DNA from: Squalus acanthias
Lineage: Eukaryota
Length of the DNA: 64,000 bases
Assembly (NCBI GenBank): GCA_030390025.1
Contig: CM059426.1
Location: forward strand, 194,618,001-194,682,000
Direction: 5' to 3'
Below, in pieces: positions 1 through 12,789 of this stretch. Within the stretch, counting starts at the first letter, position 1. Every line of letters begins with the position of its first letter. The translations under genes and the position numbers were made by a program. A model generated the notes under the pieces. It did no database searches, was not told the origin of the DNA, and was given only the letters and a program-made list of their open reading frames with translations.

Positions 1-1056
1 CTGATGAACTTACCATTGCTGTCCCCAAGGGGGTCGAACTCTCCAGCGGCCATGGCACCTATGACCTGGCTGGCAACAATCCTGTGCACGGAAGCCTCCA
101 GACAGCTGAGGGTCTGCAGCTCAGCCGGTCCTCCACCCGTCCGCTGCTGCTGCCGCCTGTTGTGAGATAGCTAGGTCTGCAAGAAAAAGGACAGCGTCTG
201 AGTAAATGTGCCATCATGTGCTTGCCTGATGTGCCTCTCGTAGTTGAATAGCCCTGAATGTATGCAGCCATGTGCTTGCCTGATGTGCCTCCCATAGTTG
301 AATAGCCATTAATGTATGCAAGGTGTGGAATGTTGTGTGTTTCATGAGATGGCCATAGGTCTTGGATGAGTGTTGGCCATTTGGGGTTTTTAAACCCTCA
401 GGGCACAGAGTGAGGTTGAGATGGAGGGATGTAGAGGTATTGAAAAGCAGCCACTCACCTTGACCACCCGAGTGAGGTCGTTGAACTTCTTCCGACATTG
501 GGTGTGGGTCCTGGGCGCCAGGCTCCTGGAGGAGATGTGCTGAGCCACCTCCCTCCACACTCCTCTCTATTCGCGTGGCAATGGCCTCCTGCCACTCTGT
601 GGGTAGAGTACTGACCTTCGGCACTCCACTGCACCAACCAGAGCCACCAAGGCCCGGTCGCTGAGCGCTGAGCTTGTTCCCTGGGCCTCCCCATTCTTCT
701 TTCCAGCAGAATTCAAGTTCAGGTCTGTCCAGGCCGAGATTCAAGGCTGCAATGTGCAGGGTGTGGTGGAGAGCAAGATCGAGCCCTCCCCTTTAAGAAC
801 TGGCTGGCGCCAGTGTGTCTGTGTTCCATTGCAGACTGACATCACCTGAGTTTCGCCAGCGCTCTGAGTTAGTGCCTCGCTCCTCGGCGTTAGCGCCTTA
901 AGAGAAGTGTGCAGCGCCTGATTTAGTGCTCAAATCACCTCCAGGGGTGATAGAAGTCAAGTTTGCAGTCGGAGGCGATAATTAGCGCCAGGTGCTAAAC
1001 TTTGCGCCCGGTCGATAATTGCGCCCCAAACGGGGAGATACCGAATTTATCCCCCC
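1..1056 (-). mobile_element. PIF/Harbinger DNA transposon fragment carrying the Myb/SANT-like DNA-binding gene remnant and one terminus
   Basis: Minus strand ~459-530 reads SRSLAPRTHTQCRKKFNDLTRV (Myb/SANT trihelix end) followed by a donor AAG|GTGAGT; right end GAATTTATCCCCC resembles the other Harbinger-type termini in the window. Confidence 0.65.
215..321. repeat. Two-copy tandem repeat, ~54-bp unit
   Basis: CATGTGCTTGCCTGATGTGCCTC..TAGTTGAATAGCC..AATGTATGCA occurs twice in tandem. Confidence 0.85.
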
Positions 1057-1677
1057 AAAAGTCTTGCCATTCAAAGTTGCAATAGTCCCACTCATCAGGT
1101 GTTCCTTTTAATCCCCAAAATTCCTTTGTGGATTTTTTTTGTGACGTTGACTTCCATCAGCGAAGGAAGAGAAATAATATCACGCTTTCTGCAGTAAAAC
1201 CAATAGCGTAATAAATAATCAAGGGAATACAGCCCAGGCCCCTGTTCTCTTCGGCTACAACCTCCTGACATTGTGCTTGAACCTTTAGGGAATGTTCAAT
1301 GATCACTTCAGGTCTTTGTCCCCTTTAATCGACACTCACGCATGCTGTACTGTGTGTGTATAAGAATAAAAATCATTTTTGGCAGTTAACAAAACGTGCA
1401 AGTTCCAAAAGACATTCAGCACTCCAAGGACGCCACTGCTGCCAATGAAGTTGAAGTAGTTGCAGCATGCGCAGAAAGCTGGGAAGGGAGCGGGCTCGTT
1501 TAAAAAGAAGCCAGGAACAGAACGGGCTCGTTTATATAAAAAAAGATGCCAGGAACGTCCTGCTTCTGGTCGTTGGAGCTTCCAGATTAATGCGCAATAC
1601 GCTTCTGCGCAGCTTCCGGTCGTTGGCAGCAGTCACTCTGGTTTTTTTTATATTGCAGTTCACTGCTGTTGCAAGTA

Positions 1678-1967
1678 TAGGTTGAGCGTCCCGAATCTGG
1701 CAACCTCGGGACCGAGGCCGAGCCGGTTTTCATGTTTTTCCGGACTTCGGAACGTGTTTCTGATGTCCGAAGTCCGGAAATATCGCAACCTGGGCTCGGG
1801 CGTTTCCGGACTTCGGACATCAGAAACACATTCCGAGTCCGGAAATGCCTGGGCCCAGGTTGCGGTTTGACAGGGTGTCTGGATTCCGGAACATTTTACG
1901 GATTCCGGACAACCCTGCCACCAATCGTCCCGGATTCCGGAACTCCGGATTTTGGACGCTCAACCTG
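1678..1967. mobile_element. Tc1/mariner-pogo (Tigger-like) MITE
   Basis: TIRs TAGGTTGAGCGTCC...GGACGCTCAACCTG flanked by TA on both sides; interior made of TCCGGA/TCCGAA repeats. Confidence 0.85.
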
Positions 1968-1974
1968 TAATTGA

Positions 1975-2310
1975 CTTTGAACATTCTCCCTACATGCATA
2001 ACTGCACGCTTACCTGTGTGAAAGACATTTGCCAATCTGGGGCCCATTTTCTCAATTTATCCAAATCCACTTGTAATCTATTTTCTTCTAAGATCCTAAC
2101 TCTACTACACAATCTTCTATGAATATCGATAATCTGCTCCAGATCTTTAATAAGCAGTAAGCCCTGGGACACCCCACTAGTAATCGAACCCCATTGGGAA
2201 GTGACCTCATTTAAAATCACCCTTTGCTTACAGTCCTGTAGCTAATTTGCAATTCATCTTTCATGCATGGGCTTAATCTTAGCACAGACCCTCGTCAAAG
2301 CCTTTCAGAG
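1975..2310 (-). mobile_element. Degenerate CR1 LINE RT fragment
   Basis: Minus-strand translation resembles CR1 RT (ITSGVSQG..., LQVDLDKLRKWA..WQMSF). Confidence 0.65.
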
Positions 2311-2659
2311 ATCCATCTGTTTTAAATTTAATTTATTATAGTACCTACAACAGTTCTAAAATTCTCAGATTTTGGTATTTGTTGATTTGGTTGCAAGTTG
2401 TGAAATTGGTGCTCAGTATTGGGCATCAGTTTTGGAAATTACTGTTATCTCTTGTTGCATAATAAAACTCTGGTGTAATCACTTGTGGATGAAGGATGTC
2501 TGCACAAGTTTATAATCTGTATGAGCAGTAATTCTCTAATTACAAAATCAACTCACCATAAACAATTTTAGATGAAATTACCATGATCCCTAAAGTATGC
2601 ACGTTGTCTTCCACACACAAGCACGATTTGTGCAAGTCTAGAGGGGCAGAAATTTCTGC

Positions 2660-2886
2660 AAGCAGATTTAGGTGCACTAGGAGAATGGACCAAACTTTGT
2701 CAAATTGTATTTAACCTAGTTACGTGCAGTGTTATGCATTTAGGCAGGACCAACATCAAGTATACCTAAACTTCACAGGGAACAGAAATGAAATCGGTTG
2801 TGAGCGAAAAGGATCTTGGTGTCATTGATCATGAATCTCAAGAGAATTATGAACTATGTCGAGAAGCCTTGGCCAAAGCAAATAAG
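2660..2886 (+). mobile_element. Degenerate CR1 LINE fragment
   Basis: Translation EKDLGVI...CREALAKANK matches the CR1 ORF2 post-RT region. Confidence 0.55.
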
Positions 2887-3540
2887 TGTGTGTATGTGTG
2901 TGTGTGCTCTTTATGCAGGGAGGGCACTCTATTGGGCATGCATTGCTTAAATTGTGGGTTGGTAACTCTGGCCACACATGCTGTCGCTTTGTTGATACAT
3001 CTCTAAGTATCTGGGATGTTCAAGGATCTCGCTCCAACAGATTTAGATCTCCACTGCTTGAGTTTTCTGTATGAAATAGCCATTTTTCTTATTTTAAAAT
3101 GCATGAAAAATTGTAACCGATTCCTGTAATACTGAGAAAACATCAACTGTAAGACGAGAAAATAAAATCTGAGTACATACACAACCTCTAAAACTATATA
3201 TGCACACCCTGCATGAATTTCAAGCACTGACAGTAAAGCCTAGGGGCAGAACTGAGACTTGAAACTGACTTTATACACCACATATTTCAAAATGGAAAAA
3301 TCTTAGCTTCTGGTTTGGAAATCTCCCTTGTACAATTTTCAAAAAATCCATGAAGCATTCTTCAGTGAGTTTTGAATTGCATTCTTTTCTGCCCTACCTT
3401 TCTCTAAGGGAACTGGGGATAAAACTGCTGAACATTTTAAATTACTTTGCATTCTAATTGAACATTTAAAAATAAAAAGTGTACATCTTTATACGTTAAC
3501 CTTCAGACTACAATTGTAACAGATTTGCTTAACACTGTAC

Positions 3541-3700
3541 AATAGCAAAATACTGCGGATGCTGGAAATCTGAAATAATGACAGGAAATGCTGGAAACAC
3601 TCAGCAGGTCAGGCAGCCTCATGGAGAGAGATACAGAGTTAACGTTTCAGGTCTGGGACCCTTCGTTCTGCTGAGTGTTTCCAGCATTTTCTGTTATTTT
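3541..3700 (-). mobile_element. Short Penelope pLTR-derived fold-back insertion
   Basis: Reverse complement of the 3' end of the Penelope element at 57320-57453 plus an inverted tail; flanked by imperfect direct repeats TGCTTAACACTGTAC (3526-3540) and TGCTGAGCACTGTAC (3701-3715). Confidence 0.8.
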
Positions 3701-4526
3701 TGCTGAGCACTGTACCTGATCTCGTCCTGTCTTACATAACACCTTGTTGAAGGGAAGAAGTTCTATATGGCTTTATGCGCATAATTAAGCCATAAGCAAT
3801 TTGTTACTTAAATTTTTTTTTGACTTCTCATGGTGAAGAGCTAGTGAATTTTTAAAAATTAAAATCCAAAAGTCTACTATTTCCATTCACATAATCACTG
3901 AAGCAGAAATTCATGATGTCACATCAGGAAGATTCTTACACAAAATATACATTCCCTATTTGCCTTTAACTGGTAAATTTAAGTATAAACATAGTAATAA
4001 GGGACAACTGAGACACTTCGGTAAATTTATAGACCGTAACATTTAGAATTATGTGACAAGTTAATACAATACACTTCCACTGTAATGAATATTTAAATTT
4101 CTGCTGATTTGATTTGGTTTTACATTTATTTTAATTGGTACCAGCCTGAAACTTAACTTTGGTTTGCAGGTGAGGAACATTGACTTTAACAACTTCAGGC
4201 CTTAACCACAGCTCCCATTTTCTCTTGGACAGCAGGCACTGCTAATGTGGGATGAGCACTCTGAGCTCCTGGGAATGGGGGATGTGTGGGCTGTTGCTTG
4301 GAATGGGGATCCCATATCAGTTTACGGCCAGTGGGCTGGTCCCGCACCCCTGGTGTCTACCTGTGTTTTTCTTCTGCCACTTTCCTGGTGGATGGGAGCC
4401 GTTACCAGACTTTCCACTTCCTATAGAAGTCTTTCTTTCTTATTGCTTCCCACACCCCTCTCCTTTCCTGTTGTAACCATTCACACATGCTCTGGCCACG
4501 TCTTTTATTTCTCCAACTTCTCTCAT

Positions 4527-5430
4527 TAGGGACATGGGTATGCCATTCAGCCCCTCAAGTCTCTTTGGCCATTCAGTGAGATCATGGCTGATCTGTATCT
4601 TAACTCCATCCACCTTGGCTCCATTTCCTTTTATACCCTTGCAAAATCTATCGATCTCAGATTTAAAATTATTAATTGAGCTAGTACCGACTGCTTTTTG
4701 TGGGAGAGAGTGCCACACTTCTACCACCCTTTGCATGAAGAAGCGTTTCCTAACTTCTCTCCTGAATGGCCGGGATCTAATTTTTAAGGTTATGTCCCCG
4801 TGTCCTAGATGCCCCCCCCCACCAGCGTAAAACGTTTATCTCTATCTCCCCTGTCAATTCCTTTCAAAATCCTAAAAACCTCCATGAAATCGCCCCTTAA
4901 CCTTCTATATTCCAGGGAATAAAAGTCTAGTTTACGTAATTTCTCCTTATAACGTAACCCTTTGGAGCCCTGGTAATAATCTGGTGAATCTGCGCTGCAC
5001 TCCTTCCAAAGTCAATATATCCTTTCTAAGGTGTGGTATCCAGAACTGTGTACAGTACTCCAGATCGGTGTTCCCTTGCTCTGGAGATCCCACGCAGCCG
5101 GCTCACCAGCTTTTAAATGGGAAAAAACCGCGCTTGTGCAGAATTTTGAATGGGTCGCACAGCCGGTTAAAGGGGCCATGTGGCCCTTCAAAAAAATTAG
5201 AGGGAGCATTGCTCCAGATGTGGTCTAAGTAGGGCGTTGTATAGCTGTAACTAAACTTCCTCCCCTTTATATTCTAGCTCACTCATTATAAAGGCTAAAA
5301 TTCCATGAGCTTTTTTGATGAATTTTGTACCTGACTACTACATTTTAGTGATCTGTGCAGATGACCTACCCTTTGCAAATTCATGTTAACTCTCTAATCA
5401 GCTCAAATTTCTCTAAGTGCTCAGTCACTC
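4527..5430 (-). mobile_element. CR1 LINE 3' fragment
   Basis: Minus translation QRVVEVWHSLPQKAV..SINNFKSEIDRF plus a CR1-type 3' UTR. Confidence 0.8.
5066..5211. mobile_element. hAT-family MITE (146 bp) nested in CR1
   Basis: 8-bp TSD CTCCAGAT (5058-5065 and 5212-5219); imperfect TIRs CGGTGTTCCCT...AGGGAGCATTG. Confidence 0.8.
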
Positions 5431-5444
5431 TGCCTTATATATGT

Positions 5445-5566
5445 AATAAAAACAGAAAATGCTGGGAATACTCAGCAGGTCAGGCAGCATCTGTGGAGAG
5501 AGAAACAAGTTAACGTTTCAGGTCGATGACCTTCAAGATTTCCAGCATCTGCAGTATTTTGCTTTT
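5445..5566. mobile_element. Short Penelope pLTR-derived inverted fragment
   Basis: Minus-strand pLTR (GTTAACGTTTCAGGTCGATGACCTT) joined to the plus-strand terminal GATTTCCAGCATCTGCAGTATTTTGC. Confidence 0.7.
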
Positions 5567-7218
5567 GTATGTATGTCTATATATGTCACACTTCCTTTTG
5601 CCTTGCACCATCATGACTTCTGTTATTTAATCATCTCCTGCTCGCCATCTAATCACAGACCTCTTTTTTTCTTCATCCACCCTAAGTCCCTCCTTATAAG
5701 CTGTTCATCTGTAATATCTTCCAGTTCTGACAAAAGGTCATTAACCTAAACATTAACCCTACCTTCCTCTCTCCACAGATGTTACCTGACCAGCTGAGTG
5801 TTTGTTTCTTCCCCCCCCCCCCCACCCCCTCAGATTTCCAGCATTTTTCTAGTATAGGTTAGCGTTTCTAAATCACCCAAGAAATTCATATTTCTTTGTA
5901 TGTGTGGTGGCAGCTTAGTCAGAATGCTGATGAATGCAAACCATACCCATTGCACTGAATCACTGAAATAGAACTTGCTTAGTCATGCATGAAGATGAAG
6001 GTGGATGTATAAAGTAGGTCAGAAACCTTGGAATACAAGCAAATAATTTATGTAATGTATCTAGGAGTTGGCCAGAGCTAAACAAAACAAAAGACCTCAT
6101 CATTTTGGAGAAAAGTTTTAAGCCATTACAAATGATATATTTGAAAAATACACTATGCCCATCTTTCCATCATTCCTAAAGAAGTTATTTTGAACTACAG
6201 AAAGTGCAATAATTTGTTTCCGAAATAATTCTTTTGAGATTAGTGAGTGTAATTGCTCACTGTAAAACAAGACTAAACCTGAATAATAATGGAATAATTT
6301 GCTATGTTAATAGATGAGAAAAAGTATGTAAAGGTTATGGGACAAGGCCTGTCTAAAATCTAGCCTAATGCTCTGTATATAGGCTGGCTGAATTTATCAT
6401 CAGTTTAAATCTGCTAGTTAAGAAAATGTGACCAGTTTTTATGTACCAAATCAGTACCTAGTTAAAGACGAGTTAGCTCAGGAGTAGATTTTATGTAAGT
6501 ACCAAATTGGACAGTTGTATCATCTTTGCTCCACACAACAGCATAAATGGTATCATTTAGTTAAATGTGCACTAGAAATGTATTCAATTGTCTCCTTGAT
6601 GTATATGGGACTGCTTGCAAGCAAATGTGAACCTGATTTAGGCAAACTAGTATGACAGACTTTAGGCCAAAGCACGGTCTAAAATGGGTGGGGTGGTGGG
6701 GGAGGCGGGAAAGTTTGGTCTACTAACTTGAAGGAGGTAATGGACCAACAGAATTCCTCACTTAATTAGAGAAATCAAGAAGGGTAGCCAAAAGATTTGC
6801 CAAAGGTATTTGGGCAATTTAATTGGTTCACCTTCTCCTTGAACTGACTGATTCTTTTTTGACTGGAGCTTTTTAAAAAAAAATTATACTTGTCGATTTG
6901 TAACTGTTCTGTGAATATGATATTTCAGACAAATGAGGGTAAAACTGGCTACAAATTAGCATGAGTGATACTAAAGCACAAGATAAAATGTAACTTTTAT
7001 GTAATAAATGTGTTCTTTCAGCTCAGAGTGTCATTTCATCAAAATACATTTGATTTTTACCAGTTATATAATAAGCAAATTCATAGCATTGTTATGAAGT
7101 TTTCAGAAACAGTTTAATATTGCAAATTTACCTCTCCTGGAAAGATATATACGAATTCAAATATATTATCCAAATGTATGGACGGGCAGATGTCGATGAT
7201 GAAGTCCAACACCGCCTT

Positions 7219-8848
7219 TGTAAGGGGTGACGTGTGGCTCTGTGCTTAGCCTGGGTGCTAGTGCGGGGTTAGGCCTTGTTGCCTGTTCTGGTCTCCAGCC
7301 AGCCTGGTAACACTAGACACCTGTGAGTGGTTCGACCCACTCGCCCTTACGGTTCTGACACTGGACTTAGGTGCGAGAGCAATAATGCAGAGAAAACTCA
7401 GGTAGACCCGGTTGAATAGTGCGAAATGGAAAATCTTTATTGCATATTATTCAAGATTACGAGATACATGTCATAAGCACAGATTAATGACAGTACAATC
7501 TTACACACAGTTCTGAAACTAATTTTAGGGAAACGAGGAGCGCACGACACATCGAAAAAGGGGACACGCATTATAATTATCCTTAAAACTTAAACCCTCC
7601 CCTATCATACCTGTCCTAATCTAGATTTGTAGGATCGAGACTCATGCTCACCACTCGTGATAACTCGGAGAATTCCGAAACTCTGCTCGGATGTTTTTAC
7701 CGCAGCACCTGACTATCCACGTGTTGATCAGGGGTCTCTGTACCCCACTTGTTTACTCGCTTCTGCTCCGGCTAGCAGGCTGGACCGTCTGCTGTCATGA
7801 AGATCTGTGTTGCCCTCGGAGTTCTGATACTATTCAAAAAAAGAGTCTTCCTGTGTCCTACACCAGTTGTTGGTAGAACTCGAAGAATAGTCTTCTCGGG
7901 CCAGTTGTGGAGTAGCCGATAGAATTCGAAAATGGTCCTTATATTTTTAGGCGCGGTCGGGGCTTACTGACCGTGGCGACACGTGTAGTCTTCTTCTCAT
8001 CTCATCTCATCTCATCTCATCTCCTCTCGGGCCTTCGGTTCCAACACCGTTTACCGACTCCTCGGGATGGTGCGCCCGCCTCCAGGCCTCACAGCCCAGT
8101 TCTCCACAGATCTTCGCGGCAAGCCACGAGGTTGATCCTAGCGGATCAGAGTCCAGAGTCGTCAGGCAAGAGAATAAAAGTTCAGCAGCCTTCCAGCGAG
8201 TCAAAGCAGCAAGAGAGAGATTGACAGTTGTACTTTACAGTTATAGTGCTGTAATTCCTCTTTTCCCGCCCAATCTTAATGTCTATCTTTTGTCAGGGTT
8301 TTGGCGCTCAAACTTCTTGTATGGGGTGATCTCAGTCTTTAATGGGTTTCGGTGACACTTGTGACTGTCTGAGTACCCGTTAATATTTCTCCCATTGTGG
8401 AACCGGCTAGTAGTCTCCCTGGAGGGGTTTTGGGGCTTCCAAATGCTTGCTGTGAGTACCCGCGAACGGCTCTCTCATCGTAGAGCTGTGGGGATTTTGC
8501 ATATTAATGTCTTTGGATGGGTCCTTGATCGCTCCGTACAATAGCCCTTGTTTGCACCTGGGGGACCGATTTCAGTATTTATGTTTAAAATGCAAACCCA
8601 TCATGTCTTGTCAATTATCTCAAATGTGCTGAGTCCTGTCTGATCTTGCTGAAATGTTTATTGAAGCGCCATCTTGTCTGCCTACTGAAAGTCTAGAACT
8701 TTCTACCACGAGGCGTGGCGGCCATTTTACAGGCTGTTTGTGTCCGTTTTGAAACCTGACAGCATTCTGCTGAAATAAAGCTGTTTATACGAAACTTTAT
8801 GTCTCCTTCTTATTTTTATAAAATCGCGATAATTTTGCGAATTCTACA
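7219..8848 (-). mobile_element. Solo LTR, 1630 bp
   Basis: TGTA...TACA termini; 4-bp TSD CCTT (7215-7218 and 8849-8852); removing it restores the RTE reading frame; strand tentative (TTTATT near 7437). Confidence 0.8.
7995..8024. repeat. (CTCAT)n pentanucleotide microsatellite inside the LTR
   Basis: CTCATCTCATCTCATCTCATCTCATCTC. Confidence 0.9.
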
Positions 8849-10461
8849 CCTTCAGTGTGCCAGTGCAGCCTTCGGTCGCCTGAGGAAGAGAGTGTTTGAA
8901 GACCAGGACCTCAAACCCGGCACCAAGCTCATGGTCTACAGAGCAGTAGTGATACCCGCCCTCCTGTATGCTTCAGAGACCTGGACCATGTACAGCAGGC
9001 ACCTCAAAGCACTGGAGAGGTACCACCAACGCTGCCTTCGCAAGATCCTGCAAATCCATTGGCAAGATAGGCGCACCAACGTCAGTGTTCTCGCTCAGGC
9101 CAACATCCCCAGCATCGAAGCTTTGACCACGCTCGATCAGCTCCGATGGACGGGTCACATTGTCCGCATGCCCGATACGAGACTCTGAGCTCCGACACGG
9201 CAAGAGAGCCCCAGGTGGGCAGGGGAAACGCTTCAAGGACACCCTCAAAGCCTCCTTGAAAAAGTGCAACATCCCCACCGACACCTGGGAATCCCTGGCC
9301 CAAAACCGCACAAAGTGGAGGAGAAGCATCCGGGAAGGCGCCGAACAGCTCGAGTCTCTTCGCCGGGAGCAAGCGGAAGCCCAGCGGAAGGAGCGCACAT
9401 CAACCCAAGCACCCCACCCACCTGCCCCTTCAACCACCGTCTGCCCCACCTGTGACAGAGACTGTAGGACCCGCATTGGACTCATCAGTCACCTGAGAAC
9501 TCATTTTTAGTCTGGAAGCAAGTCATCCTCGGTTCTGAGGGACTGCCTAAGAGAGAGAGAGGACAATTTCTGTCATTAAACATTGAGGCACATAATATGC
9601 GGCATGTTAATATTACCGGAACTGTTTGGAGTAGTTTCAAAATTGGCAAAAATGATGGATTGAAAATCCATTTAAATGGAGGGAGCTATTTTTACTTTCT
9701 GAAGAGACGTATGTCAAACTAGGTCACATTTTAAAATCAAACTGAGTGGTATTTGGCAAGCGTAAAGCGTGTGGGTAATTGTGCATTTCCTAGTGGCTGG
9801 ATCAAGACTGGCAGAGGCTTGGGAGCTGGTTGTCTGTGCAACTATCAGCTGGGAACTGGTATATGGAATGGGGTGGAGAAAAACAGTGCATTGAAAAGCA
9901 GAGTGTGAATTGCTAAGTAACATAGCAGCCCATTCCTTTTTACTAAATAAATTTACATGATTTGTAGCAAGGGATTTGTTGAGATCTAAAACAGCAACTC
10001 GAGCAAATTAGTTCAGGGAAGAACAGATTGCCAGTCATTTGTATAATGGCTGTTATGGTAGAGTACCATTCTGTAAAGCCAGGAGATTTGGACTTGGGAT
10101 TTCTTTTAGATGTGAAGAGATATTAAGGGCTGAGAGCAAGCTGGAGATCTGTGTGAAGGACAACTAAATAGAAAATGGAAAAATCTGGAAACAAAACAGA
10201 AAATGCAGGTCTGCGTTTAAAGAGGAAACATGGGTTAACATTTTCAGTTGGAAGACTCTTCCTCAGAATTGAAAACTGCTAAGTAATCAAACCCGTTTAC
10301 AGGGTGGAAGAGGGGGACAGAAGGTGAAAAAGAAAGGGAGGGGAAGATAACCGATTCTGTAATTACAGAGAGGAAATTAATGAGTTGAATGACCTGCAAA
10401 CTGCTAATTAGAAAAGTAGGACCTTGTTGGGTGGCATAAAAGATTACCTTAGTGAGGCATT

Positions 10462-11206
10462 GGCCCTGAATTTGCAGTTGGTATGACGGCGTACTCTGAG
10501 TATGCCATCATACTGCCTTTTAAATGGACCGCAAGTTTGGGAAGCTCATGTGCCAAATCCCAAACTTGCGATCTATCAAGTTCCGAATAGACAGATCCAC
10601 TACTACTTTCAAGTCCTCATTGAAATGATGTGCTGGCAAAATGTTGGGCTAAATGCCCACTACTGCGCATCAATTAGGCTGGAAAATTTTACGGCTGGTG
10701 CAAACAGGCGCAGGAGTCTGTTTGCACAGCGTAAGGGGAAGGGGTGGGGGGTGATGAGAAAGTTGTATAATAATTTAAATGAACATGTAAAAGAACCTAC
10801 CAAGCAGCTGTAAAGGCTCGGTTTGAGGGATGAGATCAATTGAATTTTTTAAATCTTGCAGAGTCTTCCAGTAAATAACTACTTATTCCAAAGTATTCCC
10901 TGTGCTTTTTAAAGCCAAGTACTGCACTTGCCAAATATAATTGGTATCACACCGTTTGATTTACAAGTTCTTTGTCGAGTTGAAATTTTTCCTGATTGGC
11001 TAGTGAAAGGAGCACCGCCTCGTGATCCCAGGTACGCTTATGCACAATGGTACACTCCTGGGATCTGTGGGACACTATGCTGCACACAACTCTGCAGCGT
11101 TTCAAAGCAGCATCTCGAAGGGGGATTCGCAGCAGGCAAGTACAGATTCTGTTTGGAGGTCAGCGGCATACTCCTTAGTTACGCCGCCGACCGCAAATTC
11201 AGGGCC
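10462..11206. mobile_element. Harbinger-type MITE, 745 bp
   Basis: TIRs GGCCCTGAATTTGC...GCAAATTCAGGGCC with extended imperfect subterminal complementarity; flanks ATT/AAT. Confidence 0.85.
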
Positions 11207-11559
11207 AATGAAAAGACATTACAAGAATAAAACAATGTGTCCATAGTTAAGATGATGAATGCTTTGGAAATGTTCACCCAAGAGAAAAATTAGCAAGATG
11301 GAGGAAAAAATGCAGGGGGTCTGAAATCAGTAAATGTTGGAAATGCACCGTAAATCCACCAGTTCCAAAAAAGTTGGCGGGTGGGGTGACAACCCACAGG
11401 AGGGCCGAATGCCCCACTAAAGCTGTGCTATGAGAAAGCTGATGGCACCTAAAAAGATTGATCCATTTCCCCTCCTTCCTGATCCTGATAAATCTACCCG
11501 TCATTCTCAGCACTGCTAAAATTAAAATGGGGGGGGGGGGGGATATAACCAAGGGTTAA

Positions 11560-12410
11560 AGTTACAAAAGTCACTGTTCGCACCAGAGGTCTGAAAAATG
11601 TCCAGAACAATATTCGATACTGTTCCTGAAGCTTGTATTGAACTTAGTCAGAACAGTGTAGGAGGCCAAAGATAGAAATGGCAGGATGGAATGGGAGGAG
11701 TTCAAGTCGTGAGCCACCAGGAGGTCAGGATCACGCTTGTGGCTAGAACTGATGTATTCAACAGAGTGGCCACTTAAACCGCGTTTGGTCTTCCCAGTGT
11801 AGAGGAGACTGTACCATGAGCAGCTAATACAGTATACTAGGAGTAATACATTATAAACTGCTGTCTCTTCACAAGAAGGCTGCAGAAGTTGTGTGGGAAG
11901 AGGTGAATGGATAGATGTTGCGCATGCTGCAATTACATAGGAAGGTGCCAAGGGACAGGCACTGGAAGTTGGGGTCGTGAAATATTCAACAAAGCTATCC
12001 AAGAAATGGTCCCTCTGGAAAATGATGAGGGGGAGACATGTTTGGTAGTGGGATCATGTTGTAGGTGGCAGGAAGTGATCTGCTAAATGCAAGGCTGGTG
12101 GGTTGTAAGTGGGGATAAGGGGGACTATGTCATTGAGAGGAGTGACGGGGAAGATTTGGAAGACCCCATCGGGAACCTTGTTGACTATTGTCCAGAGGAA
12201 GCTCAGTGGAGGAGAAATGAGGTTTTGAAAGTTGTGTTGCATAAAGTGCGATCATTAAAGCAAATGTGATCAGGAGAAACTGGGAGAAAATGGAAGTGTT
12301 TTGGGGAAGTGGAATGGGAAGAAGCATAATCCAAGTTAGTGTGGGATTGTAGTAGATGCCTGTGGAAAGTTCATTGCCTGAGCAGAATATTGTAAAATTT
12401 TCCCTTAAAG
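11560..12410 (-). mobile_element. Degenerate Penelope RT/GIY-YIG fragment
   Basis: Minus translation LVYCISCSWYSLLYTGKTKRGLSGHSVEYISS..KRDPDLLVAHDLNS resembles the GIY-YIG at 56850-57000. Confidence 0.7.
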
Positions 12411-12789
12411 TGGAGATAAATGGCCATGGACTCGAGGTTATCATTAGAAGATAGGGGGAGCAGCAAGTAATTTTTTTTAAGGGATTTTTAAATATGAAAT
12501 GCTTTACTGCAAGTAGGCATTGTGACATAGACTATAACATCAGTTAAAAGGAAATTGAATCAGGAGTTGAAAGGAAAAATCTGAAAAGGATATGGGGAAA
12601 GGGGAGGGAATAAGATTAATTAGCTAGCACCAGCATAGACATGACGTGACGAATGGCTTTGTGCTGTCATTTCCAGATGAAAGGCCTCAAAATATATTAG
12701 CAGAAAGTGCTAGAAACTGAAGCAAAATATTCCAGCAGTTCAGGTGTCTGGTACTAATGCATTCTAGAAAGTACCGTCCAACGTGCTCA

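Larger units (their letters stand above)
4172..5847 (+). mobile_element. Penelope 3' end/pLTR remnant interrupted by later insertions
   Basis: AACATTGACTTTAACAACTTCAG (NIDFNNFR) matches the end of the GIY-YIG ORF at 57108-57138; pLTR resumes ~5590-5847 with a decayed hammerhead TTCTGACAAAAGGTCATTAACCTAAACATTAAC. Confidence 0.6.
7180..9561 (+). mobile_element. 5'-truncated RTE-clade LINE (ORF2 C-terminus and 3' UTR), split by an LTR
   Basis: DVDDEVQHRL | QCASAAFGRLRKRVF...TKLMVYRAVVIPALLYASETW...CPTCDRDCRTRIGLISHLRTH; ends GGACTGCCTAAGAGAGAGAG. Confidence 0.9.

Noticed and set aside
5722-5757. Functional hammerhead
   Set aside because: Core is mutated (CUGACAA, and GAAA lost); the copies at ~3640-3670 and ~55620-55660 are also broken
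12494-12520. ATGAAATGCTTT (MKCF) as the start of the B-beta2 exon
   Set aside because: Similarity ends after four codons and the site lies among decayed repeats
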